This document shows positions 1 through 9,631 of a stretch of 64,000 nucleotides of DNA, in pieces (position 1 is the stretch's first letter; each line of letters starts with the position of its first letter). The stretch is from positions 1,088,001-1,152,000 of the forward strand of contig OY769902.1 in assembly GCA_963669175.1 (NCBI GenBank), read 5' to 3'. Position numbers and translations under genes: made by a program. Origin of the DNA: a bacterium. GTDB lineage: Bacteria > Electryoneota > Electryoneia > Electryoneales > Electryoneaceae. The notes below the pieces were generated by a model, which ran no database searches, was not told the origin of the DNA, and was given only the letters and a program-made list of their open reading frames with translations.

Positions 1-296
1 GAGTGGTCTCGCCGCACGGTATCCCGGTAGAAAAATCCATGCTGCATCTCGATTTCCCGGTCATGCTGGCCGCTTCGATCCTGCTGCTGCCCATCGCCTT
101 CACCGGACGCAGGATCAACCGTATCGAGGGCCTGCTCTTCCTCGGCTACTTCAGCTTCTACATGGTGGTCCTGTTCACGCTCGGCAAAATCGACACGCTC
201 GAAACCGACACCCTGACCACCGTCGCCCTTGTCGCGGGTATCGCTACGGTCGTTGGGCTGGGCATCAGTGTAGTGAGGGCGATAAGGGAGAAGTGA
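1..296 (+). CDS. Calcium/sodium antiporter (YrbG/CaCA family), C-terminal part; gene begins before the window
   Basis: Hydrophobic helices with DFPVML...RRINRIEGLLFL..Y, typical of the Na_Ca_ex C-terminus; stop TGA at 294-296. Confidence 0.8.
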   Translation, partial: VVSPHGIPVEKSMLHLDFPVMLAASILLLPIAFTGRRINRIEGLLFLGYFSFYMVVLFTLGKIDTLETDTLTTVALVAGIATVVGLGISVVRAIREK

Positions 297-390
297 TCAG
301 GGGGTAGAGTGTTTTCTATTCTGATACAGTCTGGAAGGCGGGGACTTGTGCGCCGGGGCGTATCTCGAGGACATACGCGCAAAGTCCAGT

Positions 391-543
391 TCAATTTGTT
401 TTGTCTTCCTTCCTCCGCTTCAGAATACGGTCAAACACAACACGAGCGGGTTCGGTCTTTTCTTCCTGAACCTGACTGTTGCCCAATTCAAGAATTTTCA
501 GCAACGCGGCAGTTTCTGGCTTCTGTTGATTCCGGTTGTTCAT
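391..543 (-). CDS. 50-aa ORF resembling the C-terminal half of a Phd/YefM-family antitoxin (not in ORF track; may be a gene fragment)
   Basis: Manual translation MNNRNQQKPETAALLKILELGNSQVQEEKTEPARVVFDRILKRRKEDKTN; ETxALLKILxLGNxQxxxxKxxPAxxVF matches my recollection of Phd/YefM C-termini; ATG 3 nt after the stop of the upstream gene. Confidence 0.55.
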   Translation of the reverse strand: MNNRNQQKPETAALLKILELGNSQVQEEKTEPARVVFDRILKRRKEDKTN

Positions 544-546
544 TTC

Positions 547-2721
547 CTACCCCATCATCTCCTTGGTGCGCTCGATCTCGCGCAGAAATTGTTGATATAA
601 ACGATTATGAGGACTTCCGGGATACTTTTCGGCGAAAGGTTTAATAGTTGCTGCACCAGACTCAAACGCTTCGAGCGCATCTTCCATCTTTCCTTGTTGT
701 CTGAGTGCAATTCCAAGTGGACCATGGCTCCTGGACAGGTCGGGCAGGAACCGGGCGGGATTGGCTTCTGCCAGTTTCCGATAGTGCTCGACCGCTTCCT
801 GTATCGCGGTCAACGCACCCTCCGTGTCGCCCACGTCAGTTAAACAGGAAGACAGGTTGTTCAGGCTCATGGCCAGGTTGGGCAGGAACCGGGCGGGATT
901 GGCTTCTGCCAGCTTGCGATAGTGCTCAACCGCTTCCTGTATCGCGTTTAACGCACCCTCTGTGTCGCCCACGTCAGATAATCGAAGTGATAGGTTGTTC
1001 AGGCTCGTGGCCAGGTCGGGCAGGAAACGGGCGGGATTGGCTTCTGCCAGTTTCCGATAGTGCTCGACCGCTTCCTGTATCGCGTTCAAGGCACCCTCTG
1101 TGTCGCCCACGTCAGATAATCTAAGTGACAGGTTGTTCAGGCTACTGGCCAGGTCGGGCAGGAAACGGGCGGGATTGGCTTCTGCCAGCTTGCGATAGTG
1201 CTCAACCGCTTCCTGTATCGCTTCCAGAGCCGTTTCAGTTTGCCCAAGACCCGATTCGTGGATTGACAAAAAAGTAAATAAATAAGCCTTTTCTTCATCA
1301 TTCTTCGCTTGACTTAATAATGTTCGCCACACACACACAGCAGTTTCCAGCAACCCCAGCGGTAGAGAAACCTCTTCCAATGAAGATCTAAGTTGATTAC
1401 ACCGTTCCGGTTTACCGTCCACCGCCTCTTTCAACCATTCCCCGAGTTTTTGTCCATGTACGCCAAGAGTGTACTCGATGTCATGACAGAGACGGCCAAG
1501 TCGTTCCAGGCCACTTTCAACATCGAGTTCCAGTCCAGCCCACATCAACTCCGGCGCAGAAGCACGGCTTTCATTAAGCGTGTTCAACACAAACACGGCT
1601 CCGATGATATCGGGTTTCATGGGTTCCAGAACACCCTCTCTCAGCAGGCCGGAAGCATTAAGTTTTCCTTCTATGCCAACTTCTGCGCTGCTCATTTCCA
1701 GGTATAGTTCTTTTCTGTCAATCAACTCCATGATCCGCTGAATAGACAACCTGTTTGCCAGTGTTGCAATGGCTACCAGGCGTGGGAATACCAATCGATC
1801 CTTTAGTTTCTGTTCTTTTGCAAGTAACTTTAAACGGGCAAACTCTTTGACAGCAATGGTTTTGACAATATCAACGCCGGAATATCCCGGCAATGCGGCA
1901 TCTGGATGAAACACACTGAATACGGCTGCTGAAAGGACAAACAGGGCACGCTGGTTTTCACTTCGTGAAAGACTTAGCCATTTGCCAAAATCCTCTTTGC
2001 TGATTTCCGGAATCTTCTTCTTCTTCGAAGTCTCCCCCGTTTTTTTCTGAACCGCTTTGAACAATTTGTAGGCTGCTTCTTCAGAAAGAATATCGAGGTG
2101 AATTGCTTTTGGGTGAGCTGCCCTAAACTTGCACTCTTCAAGCAAATTTTCCCATTTCCCTTGTTCCCTGCGGGATAGCATCAGAATACGAAGTCGTCCG
2201 GTTTCTTTTGCTTGTAGATCGCTCAAACTGCGTAGAAATACTTCAATAACAGCCAGATTTTCTTCCGGGTAGTCAATGACCAGCAAGGTGCCTTCAGTTC
2301 CCAATGCATGGATTGAGGGGCCGCTGAACCCAATAAAATAGGTTTCCCATCCCTCCTCACCACCTAACCGTTCAGCAACTTCAGCAGCCAATCGGCTTTT
2401 CCCTACTCCGCCATTTCCTGTGATAAAACGTAGTGCAGGTCCATCCGGACCACTTTTCGCCCAGTTGATTGCTTCACCGAATTGATCATGATGCCCGATT
2501 AGTTCATCTGTGATCCGGTATCGCCAATCGATATAAGCAGCGTTAAGCGTCTCTGGGTTTTGGATGTATTCACACCAGGGAGGTGTGGTATGTTTTACTT
2601 TATTTTTAGCATCTTCCTGTGAAGGTTGACAACTTTGGGAACAGTTTAATGCTAGAAGATTGGCAGTGGGGCCAAAATCATTCGCAACAATTTTTATCGT
2701 AAAGATCTGTCCTAATGACAT
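547..2721 (-). CDS. STAND-like P-loop NTPase with C-terminal tandem TPR repeats
   Basis: Walker A GNGGVGKSRLA, Walker B LLVIDYPE, sensor-like ILMLSR; about 3.5 near-identical 46-aa TPR units; start moved to ATG 2721 after GGGGGAAG. Confidence 0.8.
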   Translation of the reverse strand: MSLGQIFTIKIVANDFGPTANLLALNCSQSCQPSQEDAKNKVKHTTPPWCEYIQNPETLNAAYIDWRYRITDELIGHHDQFGEAINWAKSGPDGPALRFITGNGGVGKSRLAAEVAERLGGEEGWETYFIGFSGPSIHALGTEGTLLVIDYPEENLAVIEVFLRSLSDLQAKETGRLRILMLSRREQGKWENLLEECKFRAAHPKAIHLDILSEEAAYKLFKAVQKKTGETSKKKKIPEISKEDFGKWLSLSRSENQRALFVLSAAVFSVFHPDAALPGYSGVDIVKTIAVKEFARLKLLAKEQKLKDRLVFPRLVAIATLANRLSIQRIMELIDRKELYLEMSSAEVGIEGKLNASGLLREGVLEPMKPDIIGAVFVLNTLNESRASAPELMWAGLELDVESGLERLGRLCHDIEYTLGVHGQKLGEWLKEAVDGKPERCNQLRSSLEEVSLPLGLLETAVCVWRTLLSQAKNDEEKAYLFTFLSIHESGLGQTETALEAIQEAVEHYRKLAEANPARFLPDLASSLNNLSLRLSDVGDTEGALNAIQEAVEHYRKLAEANPARFLPDLATSLNNLSLRLSDVGDTEGALNAIQEAVEHYRKLAEANPARFLPNLAMSLNNLSSCLTDVGDTEGALTAIQEAVEHYRKLAEANPARFLPDLSRSHGPLGIALRQQGKMEDALEAFESGAATIKPFAEKYPGSPHNRLYQQFLREIERTKEMMG
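737..1222 (-). repeat. Intragenic 138-bp tandem repeat (about 3.5 copies) encoding 46-aa TPR units
   Basis: GGGCAGGAA anchor recurs at 742, 880, 1018 and 1156. Confidence 0.95.
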
Positions 2722-2820
2722 GCTTCCCCCGTATATATTATCATACAAAGGTAAAGAAATTCAAGTCAGTTTTCAATGAAATATTAGCGATTATATGATA
2801 TGGGCATAATTTTTTGCGTG

Positions 2821-2853
2821 TCCTCGAGATCCCCGTTCAAGCCGGGGATGACA
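2821..2853. repeat. REP-like palindrome TCCTCGAGATCCCCGTTCAAGCCGGGGATGACA (family A)
   Basis: Identical 33-mer at 23968-24000; variant in reverse orientation at 33803-33831; internal ATCCCCG/CGGGGAT stem. Confidence 0.9.
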
Positions 2854-2892
2854 TTGAAGGAAGTTTTCCTCGGAACTCAGGCATGAATCATT

Positions 2893-3813
2893 CTATTCCG
2901 GTTCCACCCACTTGTATCCTTCCGGGGGGTGGTGTTTCCAGCGTTTGTGCAGCCAGAGGTATTGTTCGGGCGCTTCACGGATGGCCGTTTCGGCGCGCTG
3001 GTTCAGTTCGTAGAGCAGGGCGACCGTGTCACGTTCCTTGTCGCCGGTCTGTTTCCAGTCCACGGGCCGGATAGTCACATGCTGAACACCGTCGATATGG
3101 CGTCCGGTCAGCATCAGCACCGGTGAGCCGGTCTTGATGGCGAAGACGGCAATCCCACGAAACGTCGAAGCCGGAATGCCGAACCAGGGCACAAACTCCC
3201 CGCCATCGCCGCCGCTCTGGTCAATCATCATGGCGATCAGGTTGTTGTTGCGCAGGGCCTTGATGATGCCACGCATGGCTTCCTGACGTTTCACGATATG
3301 CACCCCGGCGGCCTTACGGTGGGCGTCGATCAGGTCTTCGATCATGGGGTTGGATTGCTCGGCCACGACATAGGTAGTGTCCAGGCCACGGTTGGCCGAC
3401 CAGGCGCCGTTCAGTTCCCACAGGCCGAAATGGATGGTCGCGACCAGCGAGCCCTTGCCGTTGGCGCGGATCTGGTCGAGGTATTCGATGCCGTCCACCT
3501 TCACCCATTTCTCCATCTCCTCGCCGACAATCGCGGGGATACGGCTGGTGGCGGCGAGTGTCATGCCCATGGTGCGGTAGGTGCCGCGCACGGTTTTCGC
3601 GACCCAGGCGGCGTCCTTGTCCGGGAAGGCGCGGGCTACGTTTTCGCGTGCGACCTTTTTACGGATGCCAATGACGTCATGGAAAAACAGGCCGATCCCG
3701 GCGCCGACTTTCAGCGCGGTGCGGTGAGGTAAAAGGCGGAAAAACCCGGCGACACCGGACGCGAGACCGTACTCGAGCCGCCGTTGAAACTTGGACTTTT
3801 TATGTCTACCCAT
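2893..3813 (-). CDS. Lipid A biosynthesis lysophospholipid acyltransferase (LpxL/HtrB family)
   Basis: HFGLWE motif, MMIDQ, C-terminal PEQYLWLHKRWK. Confidence 0.9.
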   Translation of the reverse strand: MGRHKKSKFQRRLEYGLASGVAGFFRLLPHRTALKVGAGIGLFFHDVIGIRKKVARENVARAFPDKDAAWVAKTVRGTYRTMGMTLAATSRIPAIVGEEMEKWVKVDGIEYLDQIRANGKGSLVATIHFGLWELNGAWSANRGLDTTYVVAEQSNPMIEDLIDAHRKAAGVHIVKRQEAMRGIIKALRNNNLIAMMIDQSGGDGGEFVPWFGIPASTFRGIAVFAIKTGSPVLMLTGRHIDGVQHVTIRPVDWKQTGDKERDTVALLYELNQRAETAIREAPEQYLWLHKRWKHHPPEGYKWVEPE

Positions 3814-3834
3814 CTTCTCTTCGCTCTTTGTACA

Positions 3835-4098
3835 TGATTCACAAGATATACAGGATGCTCAAGGATTAACAGGATAACCGACTCACAGGATGATAGGATG
3901 CAAGGATATTAAGGATAAAAAACATACTGCATTTTTTTAATGAAAAGATTATTATTCTATATGCTATTATTGATAGCGATACACTTCTCTTTTGCCTTAA
4001 AATTAATCATTTATTCATCCTTGACATCCTAATATCCTATTATCCTGTTAAGAAAAAATCCTGTTTATTGTTATCAATCTTGTATATCTTGTGAATCA
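3835..4098. repeat. AGGAT/ATCCT periodic inverted-array element with AT-rich centre
   Basis: Ends TGATTCACAAGATATACA / TGTATATCTTGTGAATCA are exact reverse complements; about 9-nt spaced AGGAT units on the left and ATCCT units on the right. Confidence 0.85.
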
Positions 4099-4105
4099 CC
4101 CCAGT

Positions 4106-6388
4106 TTACTTCTCTGTGAAGGTGAAGATACGATCCCAGTCGGGTTCCGGTGGATCGATGACGTACTGTTCACAGCGTCCCAGGTACGTCTTGCTGGGAC
4201 CGTCATCAGGATCGATCTCCAGCGCTGCCTCGAACTTCTGCTTCGCATCGGTGAACTGCATGTCACGATACAATTCAAGCCCTTTAAGATACAGCTCGAT
4301 CACCTGTTTTTTCTCTGCGGAAACTTCGCTCTCGTCTTCAGCGATCAGTTCGTAAACACGCACCCCGGTTTCCTTGCCCTTGACACGGATATCATCGAGC
4401 ATACGTGTGACAAACCCCTTATCCTTAATATCTTCGTAGGTTTCCGGTCCGATCATGATGGTAGAGCCATAGCCCTTGTTGGCGCCTTCGAGACGGCTGG
4501 CCAGGTTGACCGCATCGCCCATGACCGTATAATCGAACACCTCAAGGCAGCCCATGTTCCCGACAATCATATCGCCGGTATTCACCCCGACACGACTGTA
4601 CAGGACAGGTTCACCTTTTTCTTTCCAGACTTCACGCAGTTCGACCAGTCGTTTCTGCATGCGCAGGGCGGCACGGCATCCCCAGGCGGCATGATCCTCA
4701 AAATAAACCGGCGCTCCCCATTCGGCCATGATCAGGTCGCCTTCGTACTTGTCGATGATACCCTCATTTTCGAGGATGATACGACTCATCTCGGACAAAT
4801 ACTCGTTCAGCAGATGCACCAGCTCTTCCGGTGTCAGTTTTTCCGATACGCTGGTGAATCCGGCGACGTCCGTGAACAGGGCGGTCATGCGGCGACGTTC
4901 ACCACCGAGCTTCAACATGTCGGGGTTGTCAATCAGGGATGCTACAACCTTTTGCGGGACATATTGCGAGAACATGCCCTTGATCATGGCCTTTTCTTTC
5001 TGGGCCGTAATAATGCGATACGCGGTTGTGAACAGATACATGAAACCGATAACAAGTACAGGCGCAACCAGGGCTACCCAGATTTGTTCGGCGATGAAGA
5101 TGTAATAGATGCCGACAATAACACCGAGCAACATGCCCATGGTCATCATGGAACCGGGAAGGATACGGGTGTAGTTATTGATGAAAAAGACAGCCAGCGC
5201 CAAGATAAAAACGAGCAACCATTCCAGAATTTCATCGGCGTTGACGATAAAATTCTGATCCACGATGGTCTGGAAGGCGTTAGCGTGGACTTCAACCCCC
5301 GGCGTCTGCTGATTCCAGCTTGATTCACCCGGAGGAGCGTAGGAATAGAACGGCGTATTCTTGTTATCCTGCAGCTCTGCGGCAGAAGCGCCGATGAAGA
5401 CAACCTTGTTACGGAAGGGGCTGTTTTCACGCACCCCGCGTAACGCCTCACGTGCCGTGGACTTTATCATTTCCAGCACAGTGGGGTCCATCGCCTGGTA
5501 TTCCGGGGCGCTGTAGGTCTCGTTCAGCTTCTGGTCGATCATGTCATCGGACATGGCCAGGTACATGTCCATGTAATTGGTGTCGTCTTCCTTCAGCTTG
5601 AAGGTAGAATCATCCAGCACCGATGCCAGGGAATAGGTCGGGAAATGACCGGCCGGACCATAGAAGTTGATCAGGAACGTAGTGGTAGTCATCATGGGGA
5701 TTTTATACGGCCCGAACAGGGTTTTGTGCGGATTGGACAGGTTAAAAATGCTGGTGTCGGCCATTTCGTTGATAACCTGCAACGCTTTCATGGACAGCGG
5801 CAGGTACATCAGGTCACCGTGTTCCTCGAAAAGCTTGTAGCGTCGAGTGAAACCATCACGGTCCTTAATTTCATTTACAATGCCGATATGCGACCCGGTA
5901 GCTTCTATCTGATCAATGGGACGGTGGGCCTGGGTGATGAGCCCCTCAACATTTCGCTTGCGGATAAAAGCGATCTTTCCTGCATGAATAACCCGGTCTG
6001 CATATTTCCCTGTTACTGCTGCCAGCAGAGAATCCTGTTCAGGGTTCATGGGTTCCGTGAACTCGATATCGAAGATCACCATACGTGCGCCGGCACGGAA
6101 CAGGTTTTCCAGCATGTGCGCGAAATAGTAGCGTGGGAATGGCCAACGGTCCGGCAGGGTCAGGAAGGATTCATCGTCAACAGCGACAATCACCACCTGG
6201 CTTGAATCGACCGGGATCGGACCACGCCAGAGAAAACGTGAATCGTAGGTCTTCAGCTCAAGTTCATAGAGCAAACCAACGCGACTCAAGAGCATGATCA
6301 TGATGGTGATGATGATGCTACCACCGATTCCGGTCAGAATCGGAACGCGTTTTTCCGCATTTTTCGCTGCCGCCATAGCCCCTCGCAT
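4106..6388 (-). CDS. CHASE2-domain class III adenylate/guanylate cyclase with C-terminal TPR-like tail
   Basis: CHASE2 motifs WPFPR, DRDGFTRRY, PGVEVHAN; TM helices; cyclase motifs LFTDVAGFT, DKYEGD, YTVMGDAVNLASRLEG; start may be 6376. Confidence 0.92.
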   Translation of the reverse strand: MRGAMAAAKNAEKRVPILTGIGGSIIITIMIMLLSRVGLLYELELKTYDSRFLWRGPIPVDSSQVVIVAVDDESFLTLPDRWPFPRYYFAHMLENLFRAGARMVIFDIEFTEPMNPEQDSLLAAVTGKYADRVIHAGKIAFIRKRNVEGLITQAHRPIDQIEATGSHIGIVNEIKDRDGFTRRYKLFEEHGDLMYLPLSMKALQVINEMADTSIFNLSNPHKTLFGPYKIPMMTTTTFLINFYGPAGHFPTYSLASVLDDSTFKLKEDDTNYMDMYLAMSDDMIDQKLNETYSAPEYQAMDPTVLEMIKSTAREALRGVRENSPFRNKVVFIGASAAELQDNKNTPFYSYAPPGESSWNQQTPGVEVHANAFQTIVDQNFIVNADEILEWLLVFILALAVFFINNYTRILPGSMMTMGMLLGVIVGIYYIFIAEQIWVALVAPVLVIGFMYLFTTAYRIITAQKEKAMIKGMFSQYVPQKVVASLIDNPDMLKLGGERRRMTALFTDVAGFTSVSEKLTPEELVHLLNEYLSEMSRIILENEGIIDKYEGDLIMAEWGAPVYFEDHAAWGCRAALRMQKRLVELREVWKEKGEPVLYSRVGVNTGDMIVGNMGCLEVFDYTVMGDAVNLASRLEGANKGYGSTIMIGPETYEDIKDKGFVTRMLDDIRVKGKETGVRVYELIAEDESEVSAEKKQVIELYLKGLELYRDMQFTDAKQKFEAALEIDPDDGPSKTYLGRCEQYVIDPPEPDWDRIFTFTEK

Positions 6389-6798
6389 GGTTGGTGAAGC
6401 AGAGAGTCTCAGTGTTCCAAAACGGCTTTTATGTCAGGTCACAATCCACTTCGCGCACCAAGACCTGACATAACTGGCACTGTCAAGTAATTTTGCACGT
6501 TTTAAACATCATGGCCAACATTGACAAGTTCCGTCAGGTCTTGCGCGTATGGTTTTCACGCGTGTGACCAGACGTGAAATGCAAACCGATATTGAAACAG
6601 GTCCACAGACAAGATACGGTTTCGAAAGGGGCTCACAAAGGAACAACAGCGCATAATTACAGGTTTTCCGAAGAGATGAATTTACTATATTCGACTTCCC
6701 GACTCAGCAATGCAGGGAACCCGGAGATTCGGTTAAGCGTGTCGGAAATTCGAGCGTCCAAGATTCACATTGAACATAAACAAACAACGGAAGTTGAA

Positions 6799-9246
6799 AT
6801 GCGCTGGATAGCACGTTCTTCTTTGATTGTACTTCTTCTTGGGGTAGTAACATCACTTAGCCTGGCCCAGCGTGGACCGGGATCAGGAATCATGGGCCGC
6901 CTGGTAGATGCCGAGTCCGGCATGGCGCTGCCCAATGCCAATGTTCTTGTCTTTGAAGATGGTACGACCAATGAAGTTGGCGGAACCGCCTCGGATGAAG
7001 ATGGTCGTTTTCGGATTCCCAGCCTGGGGTATGGCGCTTATGCCGTGCAGATTCGTGTTCTGGGATATGAGACCCTGACTTTTAACAACATCGTTCTGTC
7101 AGCAGATAAGCCGGCCTATCGCCTCGGGCAGGTCGAAATGTCGCCTTCAACCATGGAACTGCCAGAAGTCGCTGTTACGGCCAAGTATAACGATGTCCTG
7201 TTGCAGGCGGACCGAAAAGTGTACCGTGTGGATCAGAATGATTTCAACACGGGTGGCACAGCGTCCGACGTCCTGGAGACAATCCCCTCTGTCGATGTGG
7301 ATCTTGAAGGCACGGTAAGCCTGCGAGGCAACGAGAATGTGCGGATTATGATCGATGGCAAGCCATCATCCCGTATCGGGCTCAACCCGGCCGAAGCCTT
7401 GCAGCAGTTGCCGGCTCACATGATCGAACGTGTGGAAGTGATGACCAATCCCTCGGCACGTTTTGACGCTGAGGGCAACGCCGGTATCATCAACATTGTG
7501 ATGAAAAAAGAGAAGAGTAAGGGTGTCAATGGCGGCGTTACGGTGCAGGGCGGATTCCCTGAAACCTATGGCGGCTCATTTAACCTGAATTACCGGATCG
7601 GCAAGTTCAACCTGTTTGTGAATGAAGGCGCCGATTATCGTTCACATCAGGGCGAAAGAGAGCTGTACCGCGAGTATTATAACCCGAATCCCTATGCGAT
7701 TCTTGAAGAAAACGGGGATCGTGATCGTAGCGGCTGGAGTAACAACTTCCGGCTGGGCTTTGAATATTTCATGACGGATAAGCAGTCGCTGACCGTATCC
7801 GGTTTCAACAAATACGGCGAGAATGACAGTGAAGGCGAGCTGGAGTACAAGTACTACGACGCCAACGGCGATTTACTGACTCATATCAAGCGCACGGACC
7901 CTGAAGATGGAACCCGGCGCTGGTACGAAGGCAATGTCGGGTATCGGTACCAGTTCAATACCAACGGTCATGAACTGACAGCGGATTACCAGTACGAAAC
8001 CGGCACCGATGAAGAGATTTCCAATGTTACGGAACTGTACCTGTTTGGTGGAGCGGATAACATTCCGGCATATCAATATGTTGATAACCTGGAACAGGAA
8101 GACCGCCACATGGTGCAGGTCGATTATGTGAATCCGTTTTCTCAGGATGGTAAATTCGAAGCTGGTCTCAAGAGCAACATGCGTGAACTGGACCACGAGT
8201 ACACAGTCACGGATGAAGCCAACGGTATTCTCGATGTGTCCAACCAGCTCATCTACGATGAAAACATCCATGCGGCTTATGCAACGTACACCAATAAAAT
8301 CTATGACTTGTCTTATCAATTGGGACTACGTGGCGAACTTTCCCAGATCAAGACGGACTTTACCAAGACAAACGAAGTGAACAAGCGTGATTACGCGGAT
8401 GTATTCCCGTCCATTCACCTGTCCTATGATTTTACCCCGGTGAATGCACTGCAGTTAAGTTATACTCGTCGTCTGCGTCGTCCTCGTTCCTGGGATCTGG
8501 TGCCCTTCCGTAACTTCTCCGACTCACGTAACGTGCGCCAGGGCAACCCGAACCTGGACCCGGAGTATTCTGATTCATACGAGATCGGGCATCTTTACCA
8601 TAACGATCGTGGGTCCATGAGCACGGCCCTGTTTTATCGTCATGCTGATGGTGTGATCCAGTGGTTCGAAACGGCTGTCGACAGCGTGGTATACTCCAAG
8701 CCGTATAATATCGGAACACGTGATGAGTATGGCGTAGAATGGATTCTGGCCGGCAGCATTACCCGTTGGCTCAACCTGCAACTGAGTGCCAATGTGTTCC
8801 AGATGTACTCTGAAGGACATTTCCTTGGGCAGGATTATGAGGCGGAAGATTTTATGTGGATGGGCCGAGGGGTGGCGAGAGTCATGTTCACGAAGAAGGA
8901 CCAGGTTCAACTCAGAGGCGGCTATCGTGGCGCGCATGAGACCTTCCAGGGACGGTTTGAAGGCCACATCATGATGGATGCCGGATACAGCCATACCCTC
9001 TGGGACGGCGACGGCACCCTGACCCTGGGTGTGCGCGACATTTTCGCGACCCGTAAACACGAAATGGAAGTGTGGACGGATACCTTCTACACGCATTCGA
9101 CCTTCCAGCGTCGTGGACGTGTCTGGCAGGCATCCCTGACCTACCGCTTCAACCAGGATAAGAGCAACAACCGCAAGCGGCAACGGATGCAGCAGGATAA
9201 CGGCGGCGGAATGGATATGGACAACATGGATGTCGATATGGATTGA
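6799..9246 (+). CDS. TonB-dependent receptor / outer-membrane beta-barrel protein with N-terminal carboxypeptidase-regulatory-like domain
   Basis: Signal peptide from ATG 6799; plug motif VEVMTNPSARFDAEGNAGIINIV; GNPNLDPE; terminal LTYRF. Confidence 0.9.
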   Translation: MRWIARSSLIVLLLGVVTSLSLAQRGPGSGIMGRLVDAESGMALPNANVLVFEDGTTNEVGGTASDEDGRFRIPSLGYGAYAVQIRVLGYETLTFNNIVLSADKPAYRLGQVEMSPSTMELPEVAVTAKYNDVLLQADRKVYRVDQNDFNTGGTASDVLETIPSVDVDLEGTVSLRGNENVRIMIDGKPSSRIGLNPAEALQQLPAHMIERVEVMTNPSARFDAEGNAGIINIVMKKEKSKGVNGGVTVQGGFPETYGGSFNLNYRIGKFNLFVNEGADYRSHQGERELYREYYNPNPYAILEENGDRDRSGWSNNFRLGFEYFMTDKQSLTVSGFNKYGENDSEGELEYKYYDANGDLLTHIKRTDPEDGTRRWYEGNVGYRYQFNTNGHELTADYQYETGTDEEISNVTELYLFGGADNIPAYQYVDNLEQEDRHMVQVDYVNPFSQDGKFEAGLKSNMRELDHEYTVTDEANGILDVSNQLIYDENIHAAYATYTNKIYDLSYQLGLRGELSQIKTDFTKTNEVNKRDYADVFPSIHLSYDFTPVNALQLSYTRRLRRPRSWDLVPFRNFSDSRNVRQGNPNLDPEYSDSYEIGHLYHNDRGSMSTALFYRHADGVIQWFETAVDSVVYSKPYNIGTRDEYGVEWILAGSITRWLNLQLSANVFQMYSEGHFLGQDYEAEDFMWMGRGVARVMFTKKDQVQLRGGYRGAHETFQGRFEGHIMMDAGYSHTLWDGDGTLTLGVRDIFATRKHEMEVWTDTFYTHSTFQRRGRVWQASLTYRFNQDKSNNRKRQRMQQDNGGGMDMDNMDVDMD

Positions 9247-9295
9247 TCACCGAATCCGGTTGATCAAACCTGAACTCAGAGAAAAGATAGATATT

Positions 9296-9331
9296 CTATT
9301 GGCCCCGTCCAGCTTGCTGGCGGGGTTTATT
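9296..9331. repeat. TTGGCCCCG...CGGGGT hairpin (family B); may act as terminator
   Basis: Similar copies at 24130-24193 and 27814-27850. Confidence 0.75.
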
Positions 9332-9631
9332 CTTATTTATATCAAGAGGTTAATCCTTCAGCTTGTTCTTGCGGTCAGGCCAATGGTCCACTAGTAGCGA
9401 TTTGATCATTGAAGAATAGCGGCTTATGAACGCTTCCCGACAGCAAGCAGTCGGGCCACGCGAATATTAGTGTTCCGAGTTTCCATTGTCTGACTGCATT
9501 GGTCGGTTCTTCAACCGCTCCGGAGTCAAGAATTTCTTTCGACTTAACCTGCTGAAGGCCCGCCCAAACAACCTACAATAATGCATTCCCGAAAAACAGG
9601 ATTCCTTTATCCACAAGTAGCAATATTCGAT

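Noticed and set aside
4091-5323. 410-aa plus-strand ORF
   Set aside because: Antisense shadow of the well-supported cyclase; no motifs.
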